The translations under genes and the position numbers were made by a program. A stretch of DNA of 63,963 bases, counting the filler, from Reticulomyxa filosa (lineage: Eukaryota > Protista > Foraminifera): NCBI GenBank assembly GCA_000512085.1. It is 12 parts of 12 records of this genome, joined end to end, with 100 filler letters (N's around TTAATTAATTAA, not from the genome) between each part and the next. Parts side by side here need not be neighbours in the genome. Positions count along the whole stretch, not along the records: positions 11,034 to 25,259 come from ASPP01002368.1; 11 more parts are not named here. The stretch is one strand, 5' to 3'. Below, piece after piece: positions 11,034-25,259 of the stretch. The notes under the pieces were generated by a model. The model worked only from the letters and a program-made list of their open reading frames with translations, did no database searches and was not told the origin of the DNA. The stretch's first letter is position 1; every line of letters starts with the position of its first letter.

Positions 11034-13316
11034 TTTAGAAAAAAGGAACTTGTCAAAGTGAACATTTTTTTTTCATTCATGGGAGTCCCAACATCGTTAT
11101 CAACAAATGTATATGATTTTTGTGTTGAAGTTCTTAAATCTACACCTATTTGTTGTATCATGGCGCTTAACATTTGTTGATGGATCTACGGCAAAAGGTA
11201 TTTTTTATTTTAGAACATATCATTCTTCAACCAAGAAATTTTTTGTTAAATGTACTTTTTCATATTTTTTACTTTTGTAGGTTGGGCTAGTCCAAGAATA
11301 GAACGCATAAGGTATGTTTGAGATAAATGAATATGTTGATGTAAAAAAAAGTAGTTGAGTAAATAACACAACATGGAGTCATCGTATACTGTCGCCAAAA
11401 GTTGTAGTTGTACATCTTGCTCTTTTCGTTCAATTTTCAAGACAAAAAACGTACAAATCAACACATAAATAATGTAAGAAAATCAACTGATCGAAAAAAC
11501 AACATTCGAGTGCTAAAAATATCACACAAAATTTGGAATGATGTTTTTATCGCTTCTTCTATTTTGACAGTCGCGTAGTCTTGGCCGCTTTCGTCTTCGC
11601 TTATACCTTTGCATACTCATCTGTGTCATCCGGAAGTGGCGGCCATGCATTGTTCGTTGGATGCAAGTAATGCACCATTGCTGGTCGGATTTTCGATATC
11701 TTTGGTTTCATCTGCTACTAATTCTTCAATCGAGACAAGACCTCTACCAAATCTTTTTGATTCAATGTCTTCATGGTCACCATTCTACTCAAATTAACAA
11801 AAAAATTGTGGTGATTAAGTATACAATATATATATTAAAAAAAAACAACAAAGACGCACGATCACACTGAGTAAACACAAAACATACTCGATATAACATA
11901 CAACCACCGTACCTTGTCAGGAATAAGCAATCGTTTCGACATTAAATCCTTCTGCAATCTGGTTAACAATTGGATTGCGTTCTGTTCCGATGCATTTGGC
12001 TCATTCCCCAATCCAATGTATTGATCTGCATTTTTTATTATTTGCAAGGTGTATGTTATTTAATATATATATGCATATATGCACATTATATATTCATATA
12101 TGTAAATAGCGTAACGTATTGATCGACACAAAATTCGATCAATTCTGCAAAACATTGACATAATGATGTTCAGATGGACTTTGTGCGAGTGATCTTGGAT
12201 TCTTCATATCTGGAGATGTTTCATTTGTTTTCGAGTCAGAGGAATAACTTTGTATGGTGTTGACCAGAGCATCCTCTGCGCGTTTGAGCATCGACTCTCG
12301 TGGCAACAGCATATCTGCCAAATCGTCTTTGATGGAAAAGCAGCAGTAATTATATCGAACAAAAATTTCGATTTATTTTGAGCAATTGATACACAATATT
12401 AAATGCACGAAATAATATTTCAATAACCTGTTCATTCAATCTGTTTCTTCATTTTTCCCATCACAAAAATCAATGCTCCAAATATGTCTTCCTATTTCAC
12501 ACGTGCACCCACTGCATCTTGTTTTGTTAATGCTTCCACTTGTGAGTCTGTCTTCTTATCCTTCATTTCATTCGTTTTAATTGCTTGTACTTCTGCTTTA
12601 ACATCGCTTGCTACATTTTTGTCTTCTTGGAGTTGCTCCAATTCCGTCAATTGGAGTGATGACACTTTATCTTTATCTTCATTCTCCGTTTCGGTTGCGA
12701 AGATATCTTCGAATGAGCTGTGCTGATTTGTTATTTTTGGATACCGGATTTGCAGCCTTTGTCGGTGACAACAATTCTTTATTATAGTGGATACCCACAA
12801 TCTGACAAAACAAAAATCTGGCTTGTTCGTGAGTGTCTGTCGGATACTCAATCAATTTGGGCTATTTCATTCTCCGGCCCCGTCCATTTCTTCCTCATAT
12901 CATTTCTTCTTTTTTTCAAAAAAAAATTATTTTTTTAACTGAACTCTGTCACTCCCAAAGCTCAAAAGACTTTATGTTCTTGCGATCCGTTGCATGTTGC
13001 TATGTTCGCGTATTTGATCGTCTATTTTCCGGTGGTTGAATGTAGCTTACATCCCCAGAGCTGTCTCATCCTGCCAACTTGTTGCGGTTACTGTTATTAT
13101 TCTTTTGTCCCTCCATTACGTTACCGCTGGTTCCGTACGAATAGCCGTCAGTACATGTGGCCCAGTAGTATGTACATGTGCTTCTGCGTACCATGACGAC
13201 ATTGTCACCGATAACAACGACAATTTGTAGTCACCGCTCATATAAGTGCTACTTTGTGCTAATACTCCTTTAATCAGTACACAAAGGCCAATAAAATATT
13301 GAATTGCAAGCAACAT
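11034..13316 (-). pseudogene. Decayed multi-exon gene(s); signal peptide plus possible C-type-lectin-like start
   Basis: MLLAIQYFIGLCVLIKGVLAQ signal peptide, then YKLSLLSVTMSSWYAEAH..TG.HVLTAIRTE (CTLD-like), then in-frame stops. Further exon-like blocks (12492-12720, 12139-12330, 11905-12047, 11600-11790, 11280-11430) are interrupted by stops. Confidence 0.4.
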
Positions 13317-13572
13317 CTTTAAGAGATGAGTTTTTGTTTTTAGTACAATACTTTTTTTTTGTGGATACGTTCCTTTTTTTTTTCCAATTAGAACACAAAA
13401 AAGATAAAAAGAATGTTGTAAATAGTTTTTTCAAAATAGGTTTTAAGAGAAATAAATTTATATAATTTTTAAGGTGAAACGGGGATAAGCTAGTTTTGAT
13501 TAGAAAAAAGATAAAAAGGGAACAAGTGACATTTTTGCATCAATTATAATTTAAAATGAAGATTTAAGTAAG

Positions 13573-15960
13573 ATGTTATTTGTTATTTCTTACTCACTTT
13601 GTCCTTGTGGACAGTTCAACATCAGTGGTGCTATCAATATTATCAAAAGCCAAGGTGCCTTGATTAACCCAACAGCCTTGGGACATCAGTCTCAATTTGA
13701 ATCGGTTTGCAGAACGATCTTTGGCTTGCTGCAATGCGGGCTGCAGTGGCTAGTCTCTACGCTCTTTCTATTTTTGTATTTGTATCTTACACTACTGTCA
13801 AATGTACATTACAAGTACTTGTGCGAAAAGGCTAAGTACTATCACGCTTCTGGCGTCACCAAAGGGCCATCGCTCCAACGGCGACAATATCCAGAGTGAA
13901 AAGAAGAAAGCGAAAGAGACCAATAGTGCAGATAAAATTTGGAAGAAATTTGACATTATCGCACGACGAAGATTGGATGACAGCCCACTGACTACAAATA
14001 CCAACACTGCGGTGACTATGACAATAAATGCAAATTGTATACACATTGCCAGCCACGCCGTATTCCAATGCATACGACGTCTCTACTGCTCAGTTGTCGT
14101 TGCCAATCATATACATTTGCAAATACAACAGCTGTCCTCATCTTCGCTTTGCCACTACCGTTTCTGCTGTCTCAATCGCAACAGACATCCAATGCTAGAA
14201 TCTTTTAATTGGTGATTGACGACGGAGGCAAAGAAGTGATAGGTGCCTGTCAGGAATAGAGACTGCATTTGACGAGAATTCGCAATCGAAAAAGCATTAC
14301 TTTGATGCTGTTGCAATAACAATGGTTAGAAGAGCTAAATGAGCGATTCAATCGCCATTGTCCGCTGCAGTCGCAAATGCTAAGCGACTGCTTCTTGAAG
14401 CAGCCCTTAATGTAACTTCACTTGCCCTGTAGCATTGCTTCTCCATCACAATCAAATCCATTGACATTGACTAGTCTCTTATCCATTCTAATAGCAATAA
14501 TAATAAAGAATTTGAAAGATTTGGAGACAATAGCAGTGAACCAAGACGAAGCCGGAAAAGGAATGGTCAATTGAGTCTCTGAATGGATACGATGATGAAG
14601 TGTAGTTGATTTTGTGCGACTGCACCAGGTCTTGTGGTACTCGCTGAAGCATTGCAAAAAGCTGACGAAACATATGTGAGTTTATGCACAAGGAGCGGTG
14701 CATTGAAATCCTGTGGGAGAATCTGTAGTTGAAGCTTTTCATTCGACGTATGAGCTTCCTCAAGCACTACTACAGTAATTCATGACAACAAGTTCTTTGC
14801 AAAAAAATAAAATGACTGTAAAAAAGAACCAGTTCTCCTCACGTCGCCCAAGTTATCACTTACTTAGAATGTGACGCCATCAACTTTGGAGACAAATTAG
14901 CCAATCAAAACAAACATGAACTCCGTCATCTTTGAATGATTTCTATCGCAAGCAGTAAAAATAATGTTACATATATATATGTAAATATTTGTATATATTT
15001 GTCATATTGCTTGCTGAAATTTGACAGATTTAAAATATAGGAGACAACTTAGGTATGATTGGACCGATGCACGACATGGCGGACAGAGAGATGATGCGGA
15101 GGATAGGGCCGTTGGCGAAACATGTAACTTTGAAGACTTTGCAAAGCTTGTCCGACCCCGCGCTTGACTTAGGAAGGATCATGCGGGCGTTGGCCATCAA
15201 CACAAATGCCCAAGACAGTGCCAATTCCACTCTAGCCGTCTGGAAATCTTAGTCCTTTGATCCATTTCTTATGTCAGCTCTTGTATCACTTACAAATTGG
15301 ACATTTGTCGTTATGTTATATATTCCATATAATATATGGAATATGTAAGTTTTATTTTTGTAGCATTTTGATGGAGAAACATTTGCAATTGTGGATGTTG
15401 GTGAAACAATGCCATTTATTTGATCAAAATATTGACAGCAATGCAATGGACAGACCGAGACTTGGTTTTATCGACAAATGTTTGAAATGCTTGCCGTCAA
15501 AAAAAAGTAAAGTCGACCAGTAAAACACCCAGCTTGACAAAACGCCTGTCTCGACGCATTCGTTGTGTGAACGAATGTCAAAGTAGTAACAGCACCTTGG
15601 CGTCGATCCTCCAGGATTTTTGTCAAAAAAACAACAACAGCGACAATATCACCCTATGTTGCAAAGGCAATGAAAAATAGTGTAATTTCGGAGGAATGTG
15701 AAGGCACAAAGAGTAACATGTTGATAAAAACTTCCCCAATTTCATTTTATTGTTGACCCAAGTGCTGAAGAAATGCCAAGAGTACTTGAAATAGCTGACG
15801 ATCAATCCGTCCTATCGCTATGACAATCCGCAACTGTTTAGACAAATGAAAAATGAAACAGTGATATTGGAGAGGCAGTGCTTATATCTGCTGCATGTGT
15901 TTTGGTCAAAACAATGCGTGCATGTTGACTCTTATCAACTGCAATTTCATTACAATTGAA
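13573..15960 (+). pseudogene. Decayed gene of unknown product
   Basis: Coding-like composition with intron-like AT tracts, but every frame is broken by stops or frameshifts (e.g. 15055-15252, 15364-15950). Confidence 0.4.
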
Positions 15961-16699
15961 TAGTGTAATTGATACATTATAATAAATTTATTTCCACATA
16001 TGTACTGTTAATAAATAATCACAATCAAACTATCGTAATTGTATTTATTTGTATGAAGTTCGTTGTATATGATTACATCGAATAAAAATCTTTGTATAAT
16101 TTCCTAGTAATACTTGGTGATTGATTAAATACAAATTTATATTTCAATTATTGTTCAAATAATTGCTAAAGTTTGTAACTAAATTTTTTTATCTTTGAAA
16201 GATTATCACATTTGGTATTACCAATGTATTTTTTATTGTTTTTGTTTCTAAATTATTAGAATCTAAATTATTTTAAATTTAGTGTTTTATTTCTAATTTT
16301 TTTATTATAGATTCATCTGAATCAATAACATTATTTTGTATATTAACTAATTCAAACTTTAAATTTTTATTTATAATCTTTTCCAAGTCTTTCAATTTCA
16401 AACAAAATTATCTCTGACGAACAATCTCTTTAAATGTCAATTGCTTCATCTTTATTAATTTTTTTCATATATATCATAAATACTTGAAAATATTCTTATT
16501 TGATTTTTTGATTGTATTTTTTGTATTTCTTTGAATATCATTTACATTCAATTATATCATAATCAAAAATACAATGTGTATGAGATCTCATTGATTACAA
16601 TACTTTAAAATCACTTTTTTCTTATATTTCTTTTTCACTTAATAATATATCCACTTTTGTTTTTATGATTGTAGATAATTAGTCTTTCGGAAATGACAT

Positions 16700-19029
16700 C
16701 TGACAACGTGTCTGCAGTATCCTTCTTTGTCATAATAGATGTTATTGTTATTGTTGTTGTGTATAATGAGCGATATAGCAACACGTCCCCTTGGTGCTAT
16801 TCACACGATATACAGCGTTGTTGGTGTCAATAAGAGCTTTTCCAATGAGATAAGAATGTATGTGTACGCGATTGACTTTTCACATCGGCTTTGCCTTCGT
16901 CCGGAGACCGTTGCTTACTAAAGATCAGGCCCATTGTACTGTTGCTTCATCCAATGCAGCTGCTTCGACGTATAGTGGTTGTTTTCAATCTTTCCAAGCC
17001 TTGTTTTAACATTGAGTTAATATCCAGTGCAATTTAAACCAACCGCTTTCTTAAACAACGATGACCATATTACATTGTTTGTCTTTATCTTTGTCTTTGT
17101 GGTATTGTTTCCTCTAATCATATAAGTGATAGACATGCAGTAAATAGGTTTGTCTGGCTCCAACAACGAAAGAAACGACTACCAGAGCTTTAACCAGACT
17201 GGTATATGTGCAAGCTAATGGAACATACATTGGTGAAGATGCAAAGGAAACGAAGAGGAAGAATATGAAAAAAAAGAAAAGAGAGAATACATAAGTTGAT
17301 TGGAATCATTACATGTATGCGAATCCAATATTCGTCAATAATCGAGTATGGCCAAACAGCCACTATAACACTGTGCTGCAAACACATGACGAGAACGAGG
17401 GGCTATTGTAGTCTTTGTGAAACACACTCCGGCTTTGGAGTTAAGGGAAAAATCCAAGCCCCGCGAATTCACCGTTTGACTTAGACGATCCATTATTCAG
17501 TGCTCAATTTACACAAAATCGATCATCGCCGACTTGTTGCTGTTCAACGACACCAAATTCGACAGAAAGTGCACGCCGACGTTCACCAGCTCGTCTAGCA
17601 TCATCAACAATAACGAATCCATCCGTATCTATTCGATGCATCGAAAATAATAATTTATATGTTTTTTTTCCAAAGTGACTATATTATTATTATCATTATT
17701 GTTATTATTTTGGTTTTATATAAGCATGTCTTCGTTTGAAAACACTTCATTCCAAATATGAATTGCATCTTTTGCTGTAATGCAAAATGTTTCTTTTCCT
17801 TTTTTTTGGTTTTATTATCATTATTATTGTCATTATTGTCAATACCATCATCATAGATGTCATATGGACTCACTTTTTGAATTTCATGTCTCCTTGACAT
17901 GAACATAGAATATTGTTTTCCCCAAATAAGAACTTTCGTTGCCTCAATGTTCCGATTGGGGACTTGGACATCATTGGAAGGATATTAGTGATTGGACCAT
18001 TCTGCTTTCAACTTCAGCTCGCCGTCTTTATTCGGAGTTGCTCAGCGCGAATGAAAAGTTAGAGACAATGCAGTTAATGATTGACTTACAGATTTAGTCA
18101 ATGTGCTCCGAGTTCAGCACTCGCGAAAAAGGCGTTTCTTTCACTTGACAAATTCCATGCACGCACAAAGATTGAGACAACACCGACCAGTTTGCGAAAC
18201 ATTGCATCCAGAGACAATATAATATCACCGACATCGGTTTCCAGTTGTACATTGTCTCGATTCACAGCTTATGAGTCGAAAACAGCAGATTTACTGTCTT
18301 GCGAGTAGCATTCGCTAATATCGTGATGATTGATTGCAATATCGTCCACATTGGCTAGCCTTGCAATATCAATAATAGTGATTTTTTCGTTGCTATTTCA
18401 AAACAGATATAACACCAATCATTATACATACACATATATATAATGTTGAATAAATTCTATTGTGTCTTTTGACTTGACAAACATATCATTTAAATAACAT
18501 ACAAATGCGTCGAACAAGTGCAATTCGGACGACACTTGATCGTGTTGGAGACTCTGGACAACAGCGAATTGTGAAATAGCAACAGAAGCAACTTATTTTC
18601 AGAGATAGAATGGACAGTTTTGTCTTCTACGATATTGCTGCTATCCAACACCTCTTCCATTTTCACCTGGCTTTCCATAAATATCTTGTCGATCAAGTGC
18701 TTCAAAACATTGTGATAAAAGGATAAGTCTTTCTTTCCTTTCCCCTTTTTATCTACATTTTTTTTTTTGTAAAAAAAATGGATACCTTCATTAGACAAAC
18801 CGATCCCGTTTGGAGACAACCCATTTCCGACAGTCCTTATTTTCAGTTGTCGATATAGATACACGTTGTATCCAATCACCGTCGCACTAAAAGCAAGAAA
18901 GATACAGAGAAATCCCGAACGAGCGCCTTCATTCACTATTACTGTTGTCTGTGCTGTTGAAGCTCCTCCTTTCTGTTGCATAGCATGCTTCCCGGAAACA
19001 GTGAAAATGCGTTTCAATTTTTGCATCAA
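16700..19029 (-). pseudogene. Decayed membrane-protein gene(s)
   Basis: Hydrophobic segments GFLCIFLAFSATVIGYNVYLY (~18860-18920) and INLCILSFLFFHILPLRFLCIF (~17235-17300). Intervening exon-like blocks contain stops. Confidence 0.35.
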
Positions 19030-19559
19030 TAATATTTTTTTCTTTTTATTTCAAAAAAAATTTTAAAAAAACCCCATCTGTAGTCATTTTAAGCTCACTT
19101 CTTTTTTCTTCCTTGCTATCATATCAGCATCATGAATCCGCTAATTAAAAAAACAAATATATTTTGATTTAAGAAAGTTTACATTATTTAAGTTTTTTTG
19201 TACAAAGCAATAGTTTGGAAAATTTGTTTTCATGAAAAAAAAGATTTGTTTTTTTGATAGAACTAATAGTTTGTTATTTACTGGAGGATAAAGACTTTTA
19301 AATACAAGGAAAGAGTCTTAGACAAAGAGCACGAAAAAGTTTGTGTTCAATCTTTTTTTGTGGTTTTTAATTGCACCATCTGTTGATCATCAGAAAAAAA
19401 CATTCATATAACAAAATGAATTCTAATCTTGAAGGTTTGTTTTTTTTGAATGTATAAGTTATTCGTAAAAAATAAACAGAAAGATTTAAGTCTTGGTTAA
19501 ACGTGCTGAAACAAAAATAGACAAGCAGATCATAGCAAGTACTGCCAAATTCAGCATTC

Positions 19560-22100
19560 ACATGATTGCAGGCAAAAAAAACGAAACAATACGCTGATGC
19601 AACGAATCACAGGAAAGCTCTATTCAGCTTTTTATCAGTGTACGTTTGGATGTTTTGGGGGAGGGGAGCTAGGCATACGTAAATGAAAGAAATAGTGTGA
19701 TATATTGGATGATCGATTGAAATGCTGAACATAATCGAATTGGAAGAAAAAATAAGTTGAAGTAAATCTGGAATGTGTATTGCGAGAAAAAGAAGTGAGA
19801 TAGTCGTTATTTCAATAAGAGCAATTGCGTGGTACTTGCAAAATCGAATGAAATATTGGCGTGTCTGGTGAAGGATATAATTGATAAATATCACGAAGAG
19901 CTGGATGGTACAGGCAAGGACGACATAAACATTCGAAGTCGTCGAATCACATCGGAGTGGAAACACATAAACACAAAATATGCAAGCTACTAAAAAATAT
20001 AAACACAAGCAAACGCACATGAAAAAAAACATAATTGAAACGATTGAAATCAAAGCGATATCATCCTTTTGGTGGATTGCAATCATCGACTCGTTCCAGC
20101 ATTTGCACGTGTTGTTGGTCGGGTGCTATTGGCCACAAATGCATTTGGAAATACGTTGTCTGCAATTGTATTTGAAGTTGAATCGAACAGACTGTCCTTC
20201 GTTTCAATCGATTGTCGATGCGATTGAACAATATTTCTCATCGAAGCCTGTTGACAGTAATGTGCTTGCTACAAACAACACAACGATAATAATAATGACA
20301 ATGTATATTGGGGCTTTCGAATGGAATTGTTTGGTATATTTTCGGATGGAGAAGTAGCAATTGACTTCTCATGTCTATTGGACTGCAATCACAATTGTTT
20401 GTTGCAATCCACCGTTGCTCATCCACAGCATTAGGACATCCCCGACTATTTGTTTTCGCTGTCGCTGTTTTCCAACAGCTATGGACAATGGACCTGCAAC
20501 CCGCCCGATGTATTTGCATCGACTAGCACGTCCCAAAGCAGCTCGCTAAAGCAAGAGGACCCCGAGTTGGACGCGTGGACAAAGATAAAGACAAAGGCGT
20601 GTTGTTTGAGTAGGTGAATTATCACACGATACCGGCGGTCCAAGTCGCAATGATGCACTATTATCTGTGCAGTCTTGAGCAGCACTTGTTCGACGCGCTC
20701 AAGTCGACGGACGAACTCGCGATCCGGTCGTTGCGCACAAGATCGAGGCTGTGAAGAAGACGATCAAGTTGGTGGGGCAGTGTTACAGCAAGTGCGCCTT
20801 GTGCTTGTGGTGTACTTTGACAGATTGGACGGACTAAACATGAACGAAGAAACGCAAGACTTGATAGAAATTGTAAAGATTTGGGTGCATAAGTTCACGC
20901 AGATTGGCAACAAAGTCATACAGTCCTTGGCTCTAGTGCACTACTCGCCCGTAGTCTGCAGCAGCAGCGCCAGTGGTGGCGACGTGGTACGAGGTCGAAA
21001 GAGGAGTGTGGGCATGTCTCAGACATTGGACGATGTGTCAATCCAACTCTTTCGAGTCATTTTGACAGCAATTTGCTGATGATGCTGTCCCAATGGGAAC
21101 ACATTCTGTGTCATTGCGAATGGATTCGAATCGAGTCGTTGTGCAGAAAGGTGGTTCCAGTACGCATCTCCTCTACTTCTGTCCATCTCAATCTCAGACT
21201 TGACATCACAAATGCAAACATTTTGTTTATGCATATACTTAAGAGCTTGGACTTTGAGATTCACCATTGCTTTAACAAAAACGGCAAAAAGTCAAAAAAG
21301 TCAGTGAATTGCATGTGTCGCTACTTGAAGCTTATCTACCGCTTGCATGTGCTCACTTCGATTGCCGATACGCTTCTTGTCCATCGTTGTGCATTGCCAC
21401 ATGTTCGGACCGCACCAATTGTCGATACTGTCGCTGACCACTCGCAGTCTGTGCCATTTGCTGCTGCAATTCAACACAATCTCCGAATACAACAAAGACA
21501 AGCTATTGCAAGTGTATACCACCTTTCCATTTGACGACACCAAGTCTTTTATCAAATTTTTGCTACTCACATTGGCGAAGCCTGCGTGTTCGATGTCCCC
21601 ACCTGCAAACATTGTCCGATACCAGTCCCAACAGCAACCAGTTTCCACTCGATTTGAAACTCGCCGCGCAACATTAGTGGCATGGAGGAGGTGTATCCGG
21701 ATGTTAGTTTGATGACGACCGAGTACGTGCCTTGCATGGTGTCAACAACTGACATGGTCGAATAATACTTTTATTGCAAAATACAAGAATTTGTTTGTGC
21801 AGCGGCACGAAAACGGGGCTATCTTGTGACAGCTGGATTATGCATCGCACCGGCCGCGGCGACTCGAGTTTAATGCAATCGTCGAGATATCAGCAGTTTA
21901 CGCACAAAAACGCATTTGAACAGCTGTTGGAACATGCCACCAACGTGGGCGTGGACATATGCTGAAGCAGAGATAGCATGCTTAAGTAGGAAATGCAAGA
22001 AGACGAAGACAGATATGACAATGACGACAATGATGATGAAGATTAGAATGACTGCGACAACGATAGTTACTTGAACGATAATTACAACAATGACGTCTTC
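19560..22100 (+). pseudogene. Decayed gene for a large alpha-helical protein
   Basis: Protein-like helical fragments hop between frames (19980-20357, 20675-21079, 21073-21534, 21347-21712) with no intron signals at the switches. Confidence 0.5.
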
Positions 22101-22599
22101 GGTGACAACAACAACTGAAGCGATACTACAGTTAAGTTTTTTTATTATAATTGCAATAATAAATTCATTCATTTATTCATTTGTTCATTTGATATGACTG
22201 TTGCCACATTAGATAAAAGCCAAATCGAAGAAGGACAAAAAGAAATAAGACAAGAACTAGGAGGACGACAAGTCGAAAAAAAGAAATGTGTCACAATATG
22301 TACTGCATCAACGCAAGCGACTGTTGATGTCACTAAACAACTGATAGCAAATAAATATCTGAAGAAGTAACTACAAGCATTACAAACAATTGTAGCAGTA
22401 GTCGCAGTAATAGTCTTGTGTTAGTTAGCATCATAGCGACAGTATTGAAAGCGCTAACTGTGATTGTCGTAGTCATAGTCAATTGATCGTTGTATATCAT
22501 AAATATTTGCAAATATATATGCATTAATGTAACCTTTGTGATTATGTTATCAATCACTATTGACTATACTTTAATTGTATTACTTCTACATCATTGACT

Positions 22600-24250
22600 T
22601 CAAGTCATTCCATTATAACTGCTGATACTTATATTGGCTTAAGCTTGTTGTTAAAAGTATCATACTCAAATTTGAGTTACATGATTTGTTATTCGCTAAA
22701 ACATGGAAAATAGAAAATATTGTTGCAATGCATAAATAATATAGTTGCCAACTATTTGCAAAAATTATTATATTCGTGTGAAAATCAATAGAATGAATTA
22801 TAACAATTAGATTATGAAAATCTAAATGAAAATCAATCACCAATACAACTTCCTTTTAATCCAAATTCATGTCGGATTTTATATCTTAATCCATCTATCC
22901 AAACACTATCATGTGCAGATGAAATATCAAATAGCACTGCATATGTGACAGCGCACATAGATAGATTCCATCAGTCTCAGGAAATCTTCAGTGCAATTAT
23001 CCTAAAATTTTCCAACACCTGAAAGTAATGCAATTGGTCGGCAATTCTTGCAAATACTGTGATCTCGATTAGGCTTCGGAATTGGAACAATACTTGCCTT
23101 CTTCCACAATTTGGGCATATATCCAATTCTAAAGCTCCAACCAAACAACATTCTTGAGTATTTTGTTATGAATATCATCTGGCTTTGTGCTTTATTCGTT
23201 GATATGTGCCTCAAAGCTTCAATCACTTCTTCTTCTGTTATTTCAAATTATAATACTCATCTTGTTCTAGTTGATGTAATATCATATCCCGCCAACTGAT
23301 AATGCTGTTTTATTTGAGAATTCAGTTGTGGAGGTTGAGCATGATAGCTTTCTCAATATCTGACCTTGCTATTTAAATTGTATCGGACTAACCTTATTTG
23401 AATTCAAATATTTCTGCTTCTCTTGTTCAATCTTCTCTTCAATTCACCCATTGCCTTTTTGTATTTCCAACAATTTACTTTTGTTCGGTTTTTTCTAAAC
23501 TTTCTTTTGTCCCATTTATCACTTCTTAATTCCAAATTTCGATTCTCCGCGTAATTCAGCAATTTAATTGCTTAATTTCTTCATTTTCAACCTTCATTTT
23601 TCTTTTGTTGGTTGTTTGTATTTTATCTTGGAGGATTTTTCTGTTCGTCTTTCTTGTTATTCCTTTCCAAATTGACTAGTATCTTTGGTTTTTCAGGTTG
23701 TTTCGCTTTTTCCTTCTTTTAAATAATTTGTTTTTCGCGTCGAGACAGATTAATCCCAATTTGTCTTTTGAATAACAGGACAAACAATTGAATCACTTGC
23801 ATGATTACCTTTGCACAATATGCATCTTTTCTTTCTTGTGGAAACAATCTTTAGATAAACAGACAACTTTGTTGATTTCTGGATTTGTTATTCTTTTCTT
23901 CTCTGTTTCTGCTCTTTTACATATCCGAAATTGTAGATAGAGCATTTCGGAGTTTTTATTTCTTTGTTTTCTCTTCATTTTCTTTTTCATTGCATTTTAT
24001 TGAAATTCTCCAATTGTTGGGTTGTTGAAGTTTGCAAGTCATTGAAAATGTATGTGTTGATCGAACTTGCCAATGTCTTTCCTTTTTTCCCAAATATCTT
24101 CAATATCGATGTTTAGGATTTTAATGAATGTCTGTTAACAGGACCTATCACTAATGTCGCACTTTCTGACCTTCATTTTCTGCTTCCAAATATTTTTCTT
24201 TTCTTCTTTCGATGTGTTTTCTTGTTTATTTTGAACTGGGATGACACTTA
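22600..24250 (-). mobile_element. Decayed LINE copy B: ORF1 gag-like knuckle plus N-terminal part of RT
   Basis: CILCKGNHASDSIVCP (CX2CX3HX6C) at ~23778-23825. RT motifs EITEEEVIEALRHISTNKA, GYMPKLWKKASIVPIPKPNRDHSICKNCRPIALLSGVGKF and VLFDISSAHDSVWIDGL. Confidence 0.85.
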
Positions 24251-24339
24251 ATTCAGCTATGCTATCATCTTCGACTTCAGATAATCATCTTTTTCGATCT
24301 TTCCTGATAAATCAATAGATGGTCATCTTCTATTGTTTG

Positions 24340-25259
24340 CCAATGATTGTCCATCTAATTTCCACACTCGATCCCCAATGATGAATTGTTTCATCGACAG
24401 GGACAGTACATTGATATCTGGAACGTAATTCTTGATACCGTAAACATTCCATCAGGAAATGCTCGACAATCTCTTCTTCTTCACGCCAAATACAATCAGA
24501 GACTCTGATCTTTGGATATTAAACAAATAATCATTCAATCCAATTTTGCCAGTGATCAACCGACAAATGATCGCATAACAATCTTCTCAAATGATTGAGC
24601 TTCCATCAGGTTAGATAGGAAATATCGTGGCATTACATGTCTTGGATTATCCACTCCTTCAAATATCCAACGTCTATTCCATTGCTCTGTGAAATATGGA
24701 TTCAATCCATGATTGTTCAGGAATGCTGCTAATCTATGTTGTTGATTCAAGTCTGGTTGCAATTGCAATGCTTTCTTGCGAGCATTATTTGCAACAAGAT
24801 CTGCTTTATCATTTCCAGGGATACCAGAATGATCCAATAGATCTCTGGAACGTTATCCTCATAAATGATCTTAGGTCTTTTGACAATCTATAATTGGCAC
24901 TTTATAGATGTCTGAATCCCATTTATTAAAAATTACATTGATAACGAACTTGCAATGGAATCTGTAATGATCTCATTGCTTCGATTGGTTGTAATGCCAG
25001 TAATTAGATGTTCCAATTCCAACCAATTTGGCATACTTGGATCTTGAATTACAAATCCTGCGCCTCCAATTCCAGGATTTGGATATTTGCTTCCATCACA
25101 AAATATCACAATGCAATCATTGTCCAATGATACTGACTTATTTGATTGTGGCATCATTGCAATTTGCATTGGTGGAACATTTGGGATTGTATAAGAATCT
25201 GGTTCAACTATCAGTACTCCAGCCTCAGCTGCATGGATACATCCACGAGATAATGTCGA
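24340..25259 (-). mobile_element. Decayed LINE copy A: RNase H plus C-terminal CCHC knuckle (I/Ingi/Tad1-like architecture)
   Basis: IFCDGSKYPNPGIGGAG and HSGIPGNDKADLVA (RNase H); ITGKIGLNDYLFNI..SDCIWREEEEIVEHFLMECLRY (degenerate CCHC). Confidence 0.88.

Noticed and set aside
11034-22100. Stop-codon reassignment or readthrough explaining the broken ORFs
   Set aside because: Breaks include all three stops plus frameshifts, and intact genes end with TAA, TAG and TGA.
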